A DNA stretch of 64,000 nt, from NCBI GenBank assembly GCA_964057225.1, contig OZ059900.1:2542001-2606000 (forward strand). Direction: 5' to 3'. The translations under genes were made by a program, and so were the position numbers. Positions 15,001 to 28,028 of this stretch are shown one piece after another (the stretch's first letter is position 1; each line of letters starts with the position of its first letter). A model generated the notes under the pieces. The model was not told the origin of the DNA. It saw nothing but the letters and a program-made list of their open reading frames with translations, and ran no database searches. This stretch comes from Auanema rhodensis. Its lineage: Eukaryota; Animalia; Nematoda.

Positions 15001-18000
15001 GGTCGTTTTTATGCCTTTAACACCATATACTCACCGATTTTTGGTACAAAATCTGTAATACTCGTACATTTTGATCATATTCGTTAAGATTTGAGAATCA
15101 AACATACAATACACGAAATAAGTCTATTTTTATGAGTTTGCACTGATATATATTCATTTTGATCAAAAAAGGTCGAAAATAGAAAGAATTTTTGAAATTT
15201 CCGAGTTTTGAGTCTAATTTGGCTAAATCGCTCATATATATGATCAAAAACATAGTTTTACTGTCTATGATAACAAAAGTCTTCAAATATACACTAATAA
15301 TGATTAAATCACTGAATTTCAGTCAAATAGCATTACTACACTAAGTATGGTCGTTTTTATGCCTTTAACACCATATACTCACCGATTTTTGGTACAAAAT
15401 CTGTAATACTTGTAAATTTTGATCATATTCGTTAAGATTCGAGAATCAAACACATAATACACGAAATAAGTCTATTTTTATGAGTTTGCACTGATATTTA
15501 TTCATTTTGATCAAAAAAGGTCGAAAATAGAAAGAATTTTTGAAATTTCCGAGTTTTGAGTCTAATTTGGCTAAATCGCTCATATATATGATCAGAAGCA
15601 TAGGTGTATTGTCTATGATAACAAAAGTCTTCAAATATACACTAATAATGATTAAATCACTGAATTTCAGTCATATAGCATTACTACACTAAGTATGGTC
15701 GTTTTTATGCCTTTAACACCATATACTCACCGATTTTTGGTACAAAATCTGTAATACTCGTAAATTTTGATCATATTCGTTAAGATTTGAGAATCAAACA
15801 CACAATACACAAAATCAGTCTATTTTTATGAGCTTGCACTGATATATATTCATTTTGATCAAAAAAGGTCGAAAATAGAAAGAATTTTTGAAATTTCCGA
15901 GTTTTGAGTCTAATTTGGCTAAATCGCTCATATATATGATCAGAAGCATAGTTGTATTGTCTATGACAACAAAAGTCATCAATTAAACGCTAGTGATGTT
16001 TTAATACTGAATTTCGCTCAAATAGCATTACTACACTAAGTATGGTCGTTTTTATGCCTTTAACACCATATACTCACCGATTTTTGGTACAAAATCTGTA
16101 ATACTCGTAAATTTTGATCATATTCGTTAAGATTTGAGAATCAAACACACAATACACAAAATCAGTCTATTTTTATGAGCTTGCACTGATATATATTCAT
16201 TTTGATCAAAAAAGGTCGAAAATAGAAAGAATTTTTGAAATTTCCGAGTTTTGAGTCTAATTTGGCTAAATCGCTCATATATATGATCAGAAGCATAGGT
16301 GTATTGTCTATGATAACAAAAGTCTTCAAATATACACTAATAATGATTAAATCACTGAATTTCAGTCAAATAGCATTACTACACTAAGTATGGTCGTTTT
16401 TATGCCTTTAACACCATATACTCACCGATTTTTGGTACAAAATCTGTAATACTTGTAAATTTTGATCATATTCGTTAAGATTCGAAAATCAAACACATAA
16501 TACACGAAATAAGTCTAGTTTTATGAGTTTGCACTGATATTTATTCATTTTGATCAAAAAAGGTCGAAAATAGAAAGAATTTTTGAATTTTCCGAGTTTT
16601 GAGTCTAATTTGGCTAAATCGCTCATATATATGATCAGAAGCATAGTTTTATTGTCTATGACAACAAAAATCATCAATTAAACGCTAGTGATGTTTAAAT
16701 ACTGATTTTCGCTCAAATAGCATTACTACACTAAGTATGGTCGTTTTTATGCCTTTAACACCATATACTCACCGATTTTTGGTACAAAATCTGTAATACT
16801 CGTAAATTTTGATCATATTCGTTAAGATTTGAGAATCAAACATACAATACACAAAATCAGTCTATTTTTATGAGCTTGCACTGATATATATTCATTTTGA
16901 TCAAAAAAGGTCGAAAATAGAAAGAATTTTTGAAATTTCCGAGTTTTGAGTCTAATTTGGCTAAATCGCTCATATATATGATCAGAAGCATAGTTGTATT
17001 GTCTATGACAACAAAAGTCATCAATTAAACGCTAGTGATGTTTTAATACTGAATTTCGCTCAAATAGCATTACTACACTAAGTATGGTCGTTTTTATGCC
17101 TTTAACACCATATACTCACCGATTTTTGGTACAAAATCTGTAATACTCGTACATTTTGATCATATTCGTTAAGATTTGAGAATCAAACATACAATACACG
17201 AAATAAGTCTATTTTTATGAGTTTGCACTGATATATATTCATTTTGATCAAAAAAGGTCGAAAATAGAAAGAATTTTTGAAATTTCCGAGTTTTGAGTCT
17301 AATTTGGCTAAATCGCTCATATATATGATCAAAAACATAGTTTTACTGTCTATGATAACAAAAGTCTTCAAATATACACTAATAATGATTAAATCACTGA
17401 ATTTCAGTCAAATAGCATTACTACACTAAGTATGGTCGTTTTTATGCCTTTAACACCATATACTCACCGATTTTTGGTACAAAATCTGTAATACTTGTAA
17501 ATTTTGATCATATTCGTTAAGATTCGAGAATCAAACACATAATACACGAAATAAGTCTATTTTTATGAGTTTGCACTGATATTTATTCATTTTGATCAAA
17601 AAAGGTCGAAAATAGAAAGAATTTTTGAAATTTCCGAGTTTTGAGTCTAATTTGGCTAAATCGCTCATATATATGATCAGAAGCATAGGTGTATTGTCTA
17701 TGATAACAAAAGTCTTCAAATATACACTAATAATGATTAAATCACTGAATTTCAGTCAAATAGCATTACTACACTAAGTATGGTCGTTTTTATGCCTTTA
17801 AAACCATATACTCACCGATTTTTGGTACAAAATCTGTAATACTTGTAAATTTTGATCATATTCGTTAAGATTCGAAAATCAAACACATAATACACGAAAT
17901 AAGTCTAGTTTTATGAGTTTGCACTGATATTTATTCATTTTGATCAAAAAAGGTCGAAAATAGAAAGAATTTTTGAATTTTCCGAGTTTTGAGTCTAATT

Positions 18001-21000
18001 TGGCTAAATCGCTCATATATATGATCAGAAGCATAGTTTTATTGTCTATGACAACAAAAATCATCAATTAAACGCTAGTGATGTTTAAATACTGATTTTC
18101 GCTCAAATAGCATTACTACACTAAGTATGGTCGTTTTTATGCCTTTAACACCATATACTCACCGATTTTTGGTACAAAATCTGTAATACTCGTAAATTTT
18201 GATCATATTCGTTAAGATTTGAGAATCAAACATACAATACACAAAATCAGTCTATTTTTATGAGCTTGCACTGATATATATTCATTTTGATCAAAAAAGG
18301 TCGAAAATAGAAAGAATTTTTGAAATTTCCGAGTTTTGAGTCTAATTTGGCTAAATCGCTCATATATATGATCAGAAGCATAGTTGTATTGTCTATGACA
18401 ACAAAAGTCATCAATTAAACGCTAGTGATGTTTTAATACTGAATTTCGCTCAAATAGCATTACTACACTAAGTATGGTCGTTTTTATGCCTTTAACACCA
18501 TATACTCACCGATTTTTGGTACAAAATCTGTAATACTCGTACATTTTGATCATATTCGTTAAGATTTGAGAATCAAACATACAATACACGAAATAAGTCT
18601 ATTTTTATGAGTTTGCACTGATATATATTCATTTTGATCAAAAAAGGTCGAAAATAGAAAGAATTTTTGAAATTTCCGAGTTTTGAGTCTAATTTGGCTA
18701 AATCGCTCATATATATGATCAAAAACATAGTTTTACTGTCTATGATAACAAAAGTCTTCAAATATACACTAATAATGATTAAATCACTGAATTTCAGTCA
18801 AATAGCATTACTACACTAAGTATGGTCGTTTTTATGCCTTTAACACCATATACTCACCGATTTTTGGTACAAAATCTGTAATACTTGTAAATTTTGATCA
18901 TATTCGTTAAGATTCGAGAATCAAACACATAATACACGAAATAAGTCTATTTTTATGAGTTTGCACTGATATTTATTCATTTTGATCAAAAAAGGTCGAA
19001 AATAGAAAGAATTTTTGAAATTTCCGAGTTTTGAGTCTAATTTGGCTAAATCGCTCATATATATGATCAGAAGCATAGGTGTATTGTCTATGATAACAAA
19101 AGTCTTCAAATATACACTAATAATGATTAAATCACTGAATTTCAGTCAAATAGCATTACTACACTAAGTATGGTCGTTTTTATGCCTTTAAAACCATATA
19201 CTCACCGATTTTTGGTACAAAATCTGTAATACTTGTAAATTTTGATCATATTCGTTAAGATTCGAGAATCAAACACATAATACACAAAATCAGTCTATTT
19301 TTATGAGTTTGCACTGATATTTATTCATTTTGATCAAAAAAGGTCGAAAATAGAAAGAATTTTTGAATTTTCCGAGTTTTGAGTCCAATTGGGCTAAATC
19401 GCTCATATATATGATCAAAAGCATAGTTTTACTGTCTATGATAACAAAAGTCTTCAAATATACACTAATAATGTGTAAATCACTGAATTTCACTCAAATA
19501 GCATTACTACACTAAGTATGGTCGTTTTTATGCCTTTAACACCATATACTCACCGATTTTTGGTACAAAATCTGTAATACTCGTAAATTTCGATCATATT
19601 CGTTAAGATTTGAGAATCAAACATACAATACACAAAATCAGTCTATTTTTATGAGCTTGCACTGATATATATTCATTTTGATCAAAAAAGGTCGAAAATA
19701 GAAAGAAATTTTGAAATTTCCGAGTTTTGAGTCTAATTTGGCTAAATCGTTCATATATATGATCAAAAACATAGTTTTACTGTCTATGATAACAAAAGTC
19801 TTCAAATATACACTAATAATGATTAAATCACTGAATTTCAGTCATATAGCATTACTACACTAAGTATAGTCGTTTTTATGCCTTTAACACCATATACTCA
19901 CCGATTTTTGGTACAAAATCTGTAATACTCGTAAATTTTGATCATATTCGTTAAGATTTGAGAATCAAACACACAATACACAAAATCAGTCTATTTTTAT
20001 GAGTTTGCACTGATATTTATTCATTTTGATCAAAAAAGGTCGAAAATAGAAAGAATTTTTGAAATTTCCGAGTTTTGAGTCTAATTTGGCTAAATCGCTC
20101 ATATATATGATCAGAAGCATAGTTTTATTGTCTATGACAACAAAAATCATCAATTAAACGCTAGTGATGTTTAAATACTGATTTTCGCTCAAATAGCATT
20201 ACTACACTAAGTATGGTCGTTTTTATGCCTTTAACACCATATACTCACCGATTTTTGGTACAAAATCTGTAATACTCGTACATTTTGATCATATTCGTTA
20301 AGATTTGAGAATCAAACATACAATACACAAAATCAGTCTATTTTTATGAGCTTGCACTGATATATATTCATTTTGATCAAAAAAGGTCGAAAATAGAAAG
20401 AATTTTTGAAATTTCCGAGTTTTGAGTCTAATTTGGCTAAATCGCTCATATATATGATCAAAAACATAGTTTTACTGTCTATGATAACAAAAGTCTTCAA
20501 ATATACACTAATAATGATTAAATCACTGAATTTCAGTCAAATAGCATTACTACACTAAGTATGGTCGTTTTTATGCCTTTAACACCATATACTCACCGAT
20601 TTTTGGTACAAAATCTGTAATACTTGTAAATTTTGATCATATTCGTTAAGATTCGAGAATCAAACACATAATACACGAAATAAGTCTATTTTTATGAGTT
20701 TGCACTGATATTTATTCATTTTGATCAAAAAAGGTCGAAAATAGAAAGAATTTTTGAAATTTCCGAGTTTTGAGTCTAATTTGGCTAAATCGCTCATATA
20801 TATGATCAGAAGCATAGGTGTATTGTCTATGATAACAAAAGTCTTCAAATATACACTAATAATGATTAAATCACTGAATTTCAGTCAAATAGCATTACTA
20901 CACTAAGTATGGTCGTTTTTATGCCTTTAAAACCATATACTCACCGATTTTTGGTACAAAATCTGTAATACTTGTAAATTTTGATCATATTCGTTAAGAT

Positions 21001-21908
21001 TCGAGAATCAAACACATAATACACAAAATCAGTCTTTTTTTATGAGTTTGCACTGATATTTATTCATTTTGATCAAAAAAGGTCGAAAATAGAAAGAATT
21101 TTTGAATTTTCCGAGTTTTGAGTCCAATTGGGCTAAATCGCTCATATATATGATCAAAAGCATAGTTTTACTGTCTATGATAACAAAAGTCTTCAAATAT
21201 ACACTAATAATGTGTAAATCACTGAATTTCACTCAAATAGCATTACTACACTAAGTATGGTCGTTTTTATGCCTTTAACACCATATACTCACCGATTTTT
21301 GGTACAAAATCTGTAATACTTGTAAATTTTGATCATATTCGTTAAGATTCGAGAATCAAACACATAATACACGAAATAAGTCTATTTTTATGAGTTTGCA
21401 CTGATAGTTATTCATTTTGATCAAAAAAGGTCGAAAATAGAAAGAATTTTTGAAATTTCCGAGTTTTGAGTCTAATTTGGCTAAATCGCTCATATATATG
21501 ATCAGAAGCATAGTTTTATTGTCTATGACAACAAAAATCATCAATTAAACGCTAGTGATGTTTAAATACTGATTTTCGCTCAAATAGCATTACTACACTA
21601 AGTATGGTCGTTTTTATGCCTTTAACACCATATACTCACCGATTTTTGGTACAAAATCTGTGATACTCGTAAATTTTGATCATATTCGGTGAGATTCGAG
21701 AATCGAACACACAATACACAAAATAAGTCTATTTTTACGAGTTTGCACTGATATTTATTCATTTTGATCAAAAAAGGTCGAAAATAGAAAGAATTTTTGA
21801 AATTTCCGAGTTTTGAGTCTAATTTGGCTAAATCGCTCATATATATGATCAAAAGCATAGTTTTACTGTCTATGATAACAAAAGTCTTCAAATATACACT
21901 AATAATGT
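1..21908 (+). repeat. Forward-orientation satellite block 1 (about 63 monomers)
   Basis: Orientation is uniform up to ...AATATACACTAATAATGT at 21908, and the repeat-derived ORFs are all on the minus strand. Confidence 0.97.
12900..19200 (+). repeat. Local higher-order repeat with variable 4-, 5- and 6-monomer period (1390/1738/2085 bp)
   Basis: The marker monomer pair (CTCGTACATTTT variant) recurs at 13360, 15098, 17183 and 18573, giving spacings of 1738, 2085 and 1390. Boundaries are approximate. Confidence 0.8.
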
Positions 21909-24836
21909 CTATTTGAGCGAAATTCAGTATTTAAACATCACTAGCGTTTAATTGATGACTTTTGTTGTCATAGACAATAAAACTATGCTTCTGATCATAT
22001 ATATGAGCGATTTAGCCAAATTAGACTCAAAACTCGGAAATTTCAAAAATTCTTTCTATTTTCGACCTTTTTTGATCAAAATGAATAAATATCAGTGCAA
22101 ACTCATAAAAATAGACTTATTTCGTGTATTATGTGTTTGATTCTCGAATCTTAACGAATATATCAGTGCAAGCTCATAAAAATAGACTGATTTTGTGTAT
22201 TGTGTGTTTGATTCTCAAATCTTAACGAATATGATCAAAATGTACGAGTATTACAGATTTTGTACCAAAAATCGGTGAGTATATGGTGTTAAAGGCATAA
22301 AAACGACCATACTTAGTGTAGTAATGCTATTAGAGCGAAATTTAGTGATTTAAACATCATTAGTGTTTAATTAATGACTTTTGTTGTCATAGACAATACA
22401 CCTATGCTTCTGATCATATATATGAGCGATTTAGCCAAATTAGACTCAAAACTCGGAAATTTCAAAAATTCTTTCTATTTTCGACCTTTTTTGATCAAAA
22501 TGAATATATATCAGTGCAAGCTCATAAAAATAGACTGATTTTGTGTATTGTATGTTTGATTCTCAAATCTTAACGAATATGATCAAAATTTACGAGTATT
22601 ACAGATTTTGTACCAAAAATCGGTGAGTATATGGTGTTAAAGGCATAAAAACGACCATACTTAGTGTAGTAATGCTATTTGAGCGAAATTCAGTATTTAC
22701 ACATCACTAGCGTTTAATTGATGACTTTTGTTGTTATAGACAATAAAACTATGCTTTTGATCTTATATATGAGCGATTTAGCCAAATTGGACTCAAAACT
22801 CGGAAATTTCAAAAATTCTTTCTATTTTCGACCTTTTTTGATCAAAATGAATAAATATCAGTGCAAACTTGTAAAAATAGACTTATTTCGTTTATTATGT
22901 GTTTGATTCTCGAATCTTAACAAATATGATCAAAATTTACAAGTATTACAGATTTTGTACCAAAAATCGGTGAGTATATGGTGTTAAAGGCATAAAAACG
23001 ACCATACTTAGTGTAGTAATGCTATTTGACTGAAATTCAGTGATTTAATCATTATTAGTGTATATTTGAAGACTTTTGTTATCATAGACAGTAAAACTAT
23101 GCTTTTGATCATATATATGAGCGATTTAGCCAAATTAGACTCAAAACTCGGAAATTTCAAAAATTCTTTCTATTTTCGACCTTTTTTGATCAAAATGAAT
23201 ATATATCAGTGCAAGCTCATAAAAATAGACTGATTTTGTGTATTGTATGTTTGATTCTCAAATCTTAACGAATATGATCAAAATTTACGAGTATTACAGA
23301 TTTTGTACCAAAAATCGGTGAGTATATGGTGTTAAAGGCATAAAAACGACCATACTTAGTGTAGTAATGCTATTTGAGCGAAAATCAGTATTTAAACATC
23401 ACTAGCGTTTAATTGATGATTTTTGTTGTCATAGACAATAAAACTATGCTTCTGATCATATATATGAGCGATTTAGCCAAATTAGACTCAAAACTCGGAA
23501 ATTTCAAAAATTCTTTCTATTTTCGACCTTTTTTGATCAAAATGAATAAATATCAGTGCAAACTCATAAAAATAGACTGATTTTGTGTATTGTGTGTTTG
23601 ATTCTCAAATCTTAACGAATATGATCAAAATTTACAAGTATTACAGATTTTGTACCAAAAATCGGTGAGTATATGGTGTTAAAGGCATAAAAACGACCAT
23701 ACTTAGTGTAGTAATGCTATTTGAGTGAAATTCAGTGATTTACACATTATTAGTGTATATTTGAAGACTTTTGTTATCATAGACAGTAAAACTATGCTTT
23801 TGATCATATATATGAGCGATTTAGCCCAATTGGACTCAAAACTCGGAAAATTCAAAAATTCTTTCTATTTTCGACCTTTTTTGATCAAAATGAATAAATA
23901 TCAGTGCAAACTCATAAAACTAGACTTATTTCGTGTATTATGTGTTTGATTCTCGAATCTTAACGAATATGATCAAAATTTACAAGTATTACAGATTTTG
24001 TACCAAAAATCGGTGAGTATATGGTGTTAAAGGCATAAAAACGACCATACTTAGTGTAGTAATGCTATTTGACTGAAATTCAGTGATTTAATCATTATTA
24101 GTGTATATTTGAAGACTTTTGTTATCATAGACAATACACCTATGCTTCTGATCATATATATGAGCGATTTAGCCAAATTAGACTCAAAACTCGGAAATTT
24201 CAAAAATTCTTTCTATTTTCGACCTTTTTTGATCAAAATGAATATATATCAGTGCAAGCTCATAAAAATAGACTGATTTTGTGTATTGTGTGTTTGATTC
24301 TCAAATCTTAACGAATATGATCAAAATTTACGAGTATTACAGATTTTGTACCAAAAATCGGTGAGTATATGGTGTTAAAGGCATAAAAACGACCATACTT
24401 AGTGTAGTAATGCTATATGACTGAAATTCAGTGATTTAATCATTATTAGTGTATAATTGAAGACTTTTGTTATCATAGACAGTAAAACTATGTTTTTGAT
24501 CATATATATGAGCGATTTAGCCAAATTAGACTCAAAACTCGGAAATTTCAAAAATTCTTTCTATTTTCGACCTTTTTTGATCAAAATGAATATATATCAG
24601 TGCAAGCTCATAAAAATAGACTGATTTTGTGTATTGTATGTTTGATTCTCAAATCTTAACGAATATGATCAAAATTTACGAGTATTACAGATTTTGTACC
24701 AAAAATCGGTGAGTATATGGTGTTAAAGGCATAAAAACGACCATACTTAGTGTAGTAATGCTATTTGAGCGAAATTCAGTATTAAAACATCACTAGCGTT
24801 TAATTGATGACTTTTGTTGTCATAGACAATACACCT
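21909..24836 (-). repeat. Inverted satellite block, copy 1 (about 2,928 bp)
   Basis: At 21909 the sequence switches to CTATTTGAGCGAAATTCAGTAT, the reverse complement of ATACTGAATTTCGCTCAAATAG. It switches back at ...CAATACACCT|GATCAAAAACATAG (24836/24837). The repeat ORFs flip to + (21952, 22718, 23725). Confidence 0.97.
22091..22161 (-). repeat. Truncated-monomer scar, 71-bp remnant (about 277-bp deletion), copy 1
   Basis: ATCAGTGCAA occurs at 22091 and again at 22162, joined by TTAACGAATAT|ATCAGTGCAAGC. ORF spacing 21952 to 22718 is 766 = 695+71. Confidence 0.9.
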
Positions 24837-27800
24837 GATCAAAAACATAGTTTTACTGTCTATGATAACAAAAGTCTTCAAATATACACTAATAATGATT
24901 AAATCACTGAATTTCAGTCAAATAGCATTACTACACTAAGTATGGTCGTTTTTATGCCTTTAACACCATATACTCACCGATTTTTGGTACAAAATCTGTA
25001 ATACTTGTAAATTTTGATCATATTCGTTAAGATTCGAGAATCAAACACATAATACACGAAATAAGTCTATTTTTATGAGTTTGCACTGATATTTATTCAT
25101 TTTGATCAAAAAAGGTCGAAAATAGAAAGAATTTTTGAAATTTCCGAGTTTTGAGTCTAATTTGGCTAAATCGCTCATATATATGATCAGAAGCATAGGT
25201 GTATTGTCTATGATAACAAAAGTCTTCAAATATACACTAATAATGATTAAATCACTGAATTTCAGTCAAATAGCATTACTACACTAAGTATGGTCGTTTT
25301 TATGCCTTTAAAACCATATACTCACCGATTTTTGGTACAAAATCTGTAATACTTGTAAATTTTGATCATATTCGTTAAGATTCGAGAATCAAACACATAA
25401 TACACAAAATCAGTCTATTTTTATGAGTTTGCACTGATATTTATTCATTTTGATCAAAAAAGGTCGAAAATAGAAAGAATTTTTGAATTTTCCGAGTTTT
25501 GAGTCCAATTGGGCTAAATCGCTCATATATATGATCAAAAGCATAGTTTTACTGTCTATGATAACAAAAGTCTTCAAATATACACTAATAATGTGTAAAT
25601 CACTGAATTTCACTCAAATAGCATTACTACACTAAGTATGGTCGTTTTTATGCCTTTAACACCATATACTCACCGATTTTTGGTACAAAATCTGTAATAC
25701 TCGTAAATTTCGATCATATTCGTTAAGATTTGAGAATCAAACATACAATACACAAAATCAGTCTATTTTTATGAGCTTGCACTGATATATATTCATTTTG
25801 ATCAAAAAAGGTCGAAAATAGAAAGAATTTTTGAAATTTCCGAGTTTTGAGTCTAATTTGGCTAAATCGTTCATATATATGATCAAAAACATAGTTTTAC
25901 TGTCTATGATAACAAAAGTCTTCAAATATACACTAATAATGATTAAATCACTGAATTTCAGTCATATAGCATTACTACACTAAGTATGGTCGTTTTTATG
26001 CCTTTAACACCATATACTCACCGATTTTTGGTACAAAATCTGTAATACTCGTAAATTTTGATCATATTCGTTAAGATTTGAGAATCAAACACACAATACA
26101 CAAAATCAGTCTATTTTTATGAGTTTGCACTGATATTTATTCATTTTGATCAAAAAAGGTCGAAAATAGAAAGAATTTTTGAAATTTCCGAGTTTTGAGT
26201 CTAATTTGGCTAAATCGCTCATATATATGATCAGAAGCATAGTTTTATTGTCTATGACAACAAAAATCATCAATTAAACGCTAGTGATGTTTAAATACTG
26301 ATTTTCGCTCAAATAGCATTACTACACTAAGTATGGTCGTTTTTATGCCTTTAACACCATATACTCACCGATTTTTGGTACAAAATCTGTAATACTCGTA
26401 CATTTTGATCATATTCGTTAAGATTTGAGAATCAAACATACAATACACAAAATCAGTCTATTTTTATGAGCTTGCACTGATATATATTCATTTTGATCAA
26501 AAAAGGTCGAAAATAGAAAGAATTTTTGAAATTTCCGAGTTTTGAGTCTAATTTGGCTAAATCGCTCATATATATGATCAAAAACATAGTTTTACTGTCT
26601 ATGATAACAAAAGTCTTCAAATATACACTAATAATGATTAAATCACTGAATTTCAGTCAAATAGCATTACTACACTAAGTATGGTCGTTTTTATGCCTTT
26701 AACACCATATACTCACCGATTTTTGGTACAAAATCTGTAATACTTGTAAATTTTGATCATATTCGTTAAGATTCGAGAATCAAACACATAATACACGAAA
26801 TAAGTCTATTTTTATGAGTTTGCACTGATATTTATTCATTTTGATCAAAAAAGGTCGAAAATAGAAAGAATTTTTGAAATTTCCGAGTTTTGAGTCTAAT
26901 TTGGCTAAATCGCTCATATATATGATCAGAAGCATAGGTGTATTGTCTATGATAACAAAAGTCTTCAAATATACACTAATAATGATTAAATCACTGAATT
27001 TCAGTCAAATAGCATTACTACACTAAGTATGGTCGTTTTTATGCCTTTAAAACCATATACTCACCGATTTTTGGTACAAAATCTGTAATACTTGTAAATT
27101 TTGATCATATTCGTTAAGATTCGAGAATCAAACACATAATACACAAAATCAGTCTTTTTTTATGAGTTTGCACTGATATTTATTCATTTTGATCAAAAAA
27201 GGTCGAAAATAGAAAGAATTTTTGAATTTTCCGAGTTTTGAGTCCAATTGGGCTAAATCGCTCATATATATGATCAAAAGCATAGTTTTACTGTCTATGA
27301 TAACAAAAGTCTTCAAATATACACTAATAATGTGTAAATCACTGAATTTCACTCAAATAGCATTACTACACTAAGTATGGTCGTTTTTATGCCTTTAACA
27401 CCATATACTCACCGATTTTTGGTACAAAATCTGTAATACTTGTAAATTTTGATCATATTCGTTAAGATTCGAGAATCAAACACATAATACACGAAATAAG
27501 TCTATTTTTATGAGTTTGCACTGATAGTTATTCATTTTGATCAAAAAAGGTCGAAAATAGAAAGAATTTTTGAAATTTCCGAGTTTTGAGTCTAATTTGG
27601 CTAAATCGCTCATATATATGATCAGAAGCATAGTTTTATTGTCTATGACAACAAAAATCATCAATTAAACGCTAGTGATGTTTAAATACTGATTTTCGCT
27701 CAAATAGCATTACTACACTAAGTATGGTCGTTTTTATGCCTTTAACACCATATACTCACCGATTTTTGGTACAAAATCTGTGATACTCGTAAATTTTGAT

Positions 27801-28028
27801 CATATTCGGTGAGATTCGAGAATCGAACACACAATACACAAAATAAGTCTATTTTTACGAGTTTGCACTGATATTTATTCATTTTGATCAAAAAAGGTCG
27901 AAAATAGAAAGAATTTTTGAAATTTCCGAGTTTTGAGTCTAATTTGGCTAAATCGCTCATATATATGATCAAAAGCATAGTTTTACTGTCTATGATAACA
28001 AAAGTCTTCAAATATACACTAATAATGT
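24837..28028 (+). repeat. Forward-orientation satellite block between the two inverted blocks (copy of 18717-21908)
   Basis: ORF variants 25041, 25410, 26780, 27149, 27476 and 27742 equal 18921, 19290, 20660, 21029, 21356 and 21622 plus 6120. Confidence 0.95.
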
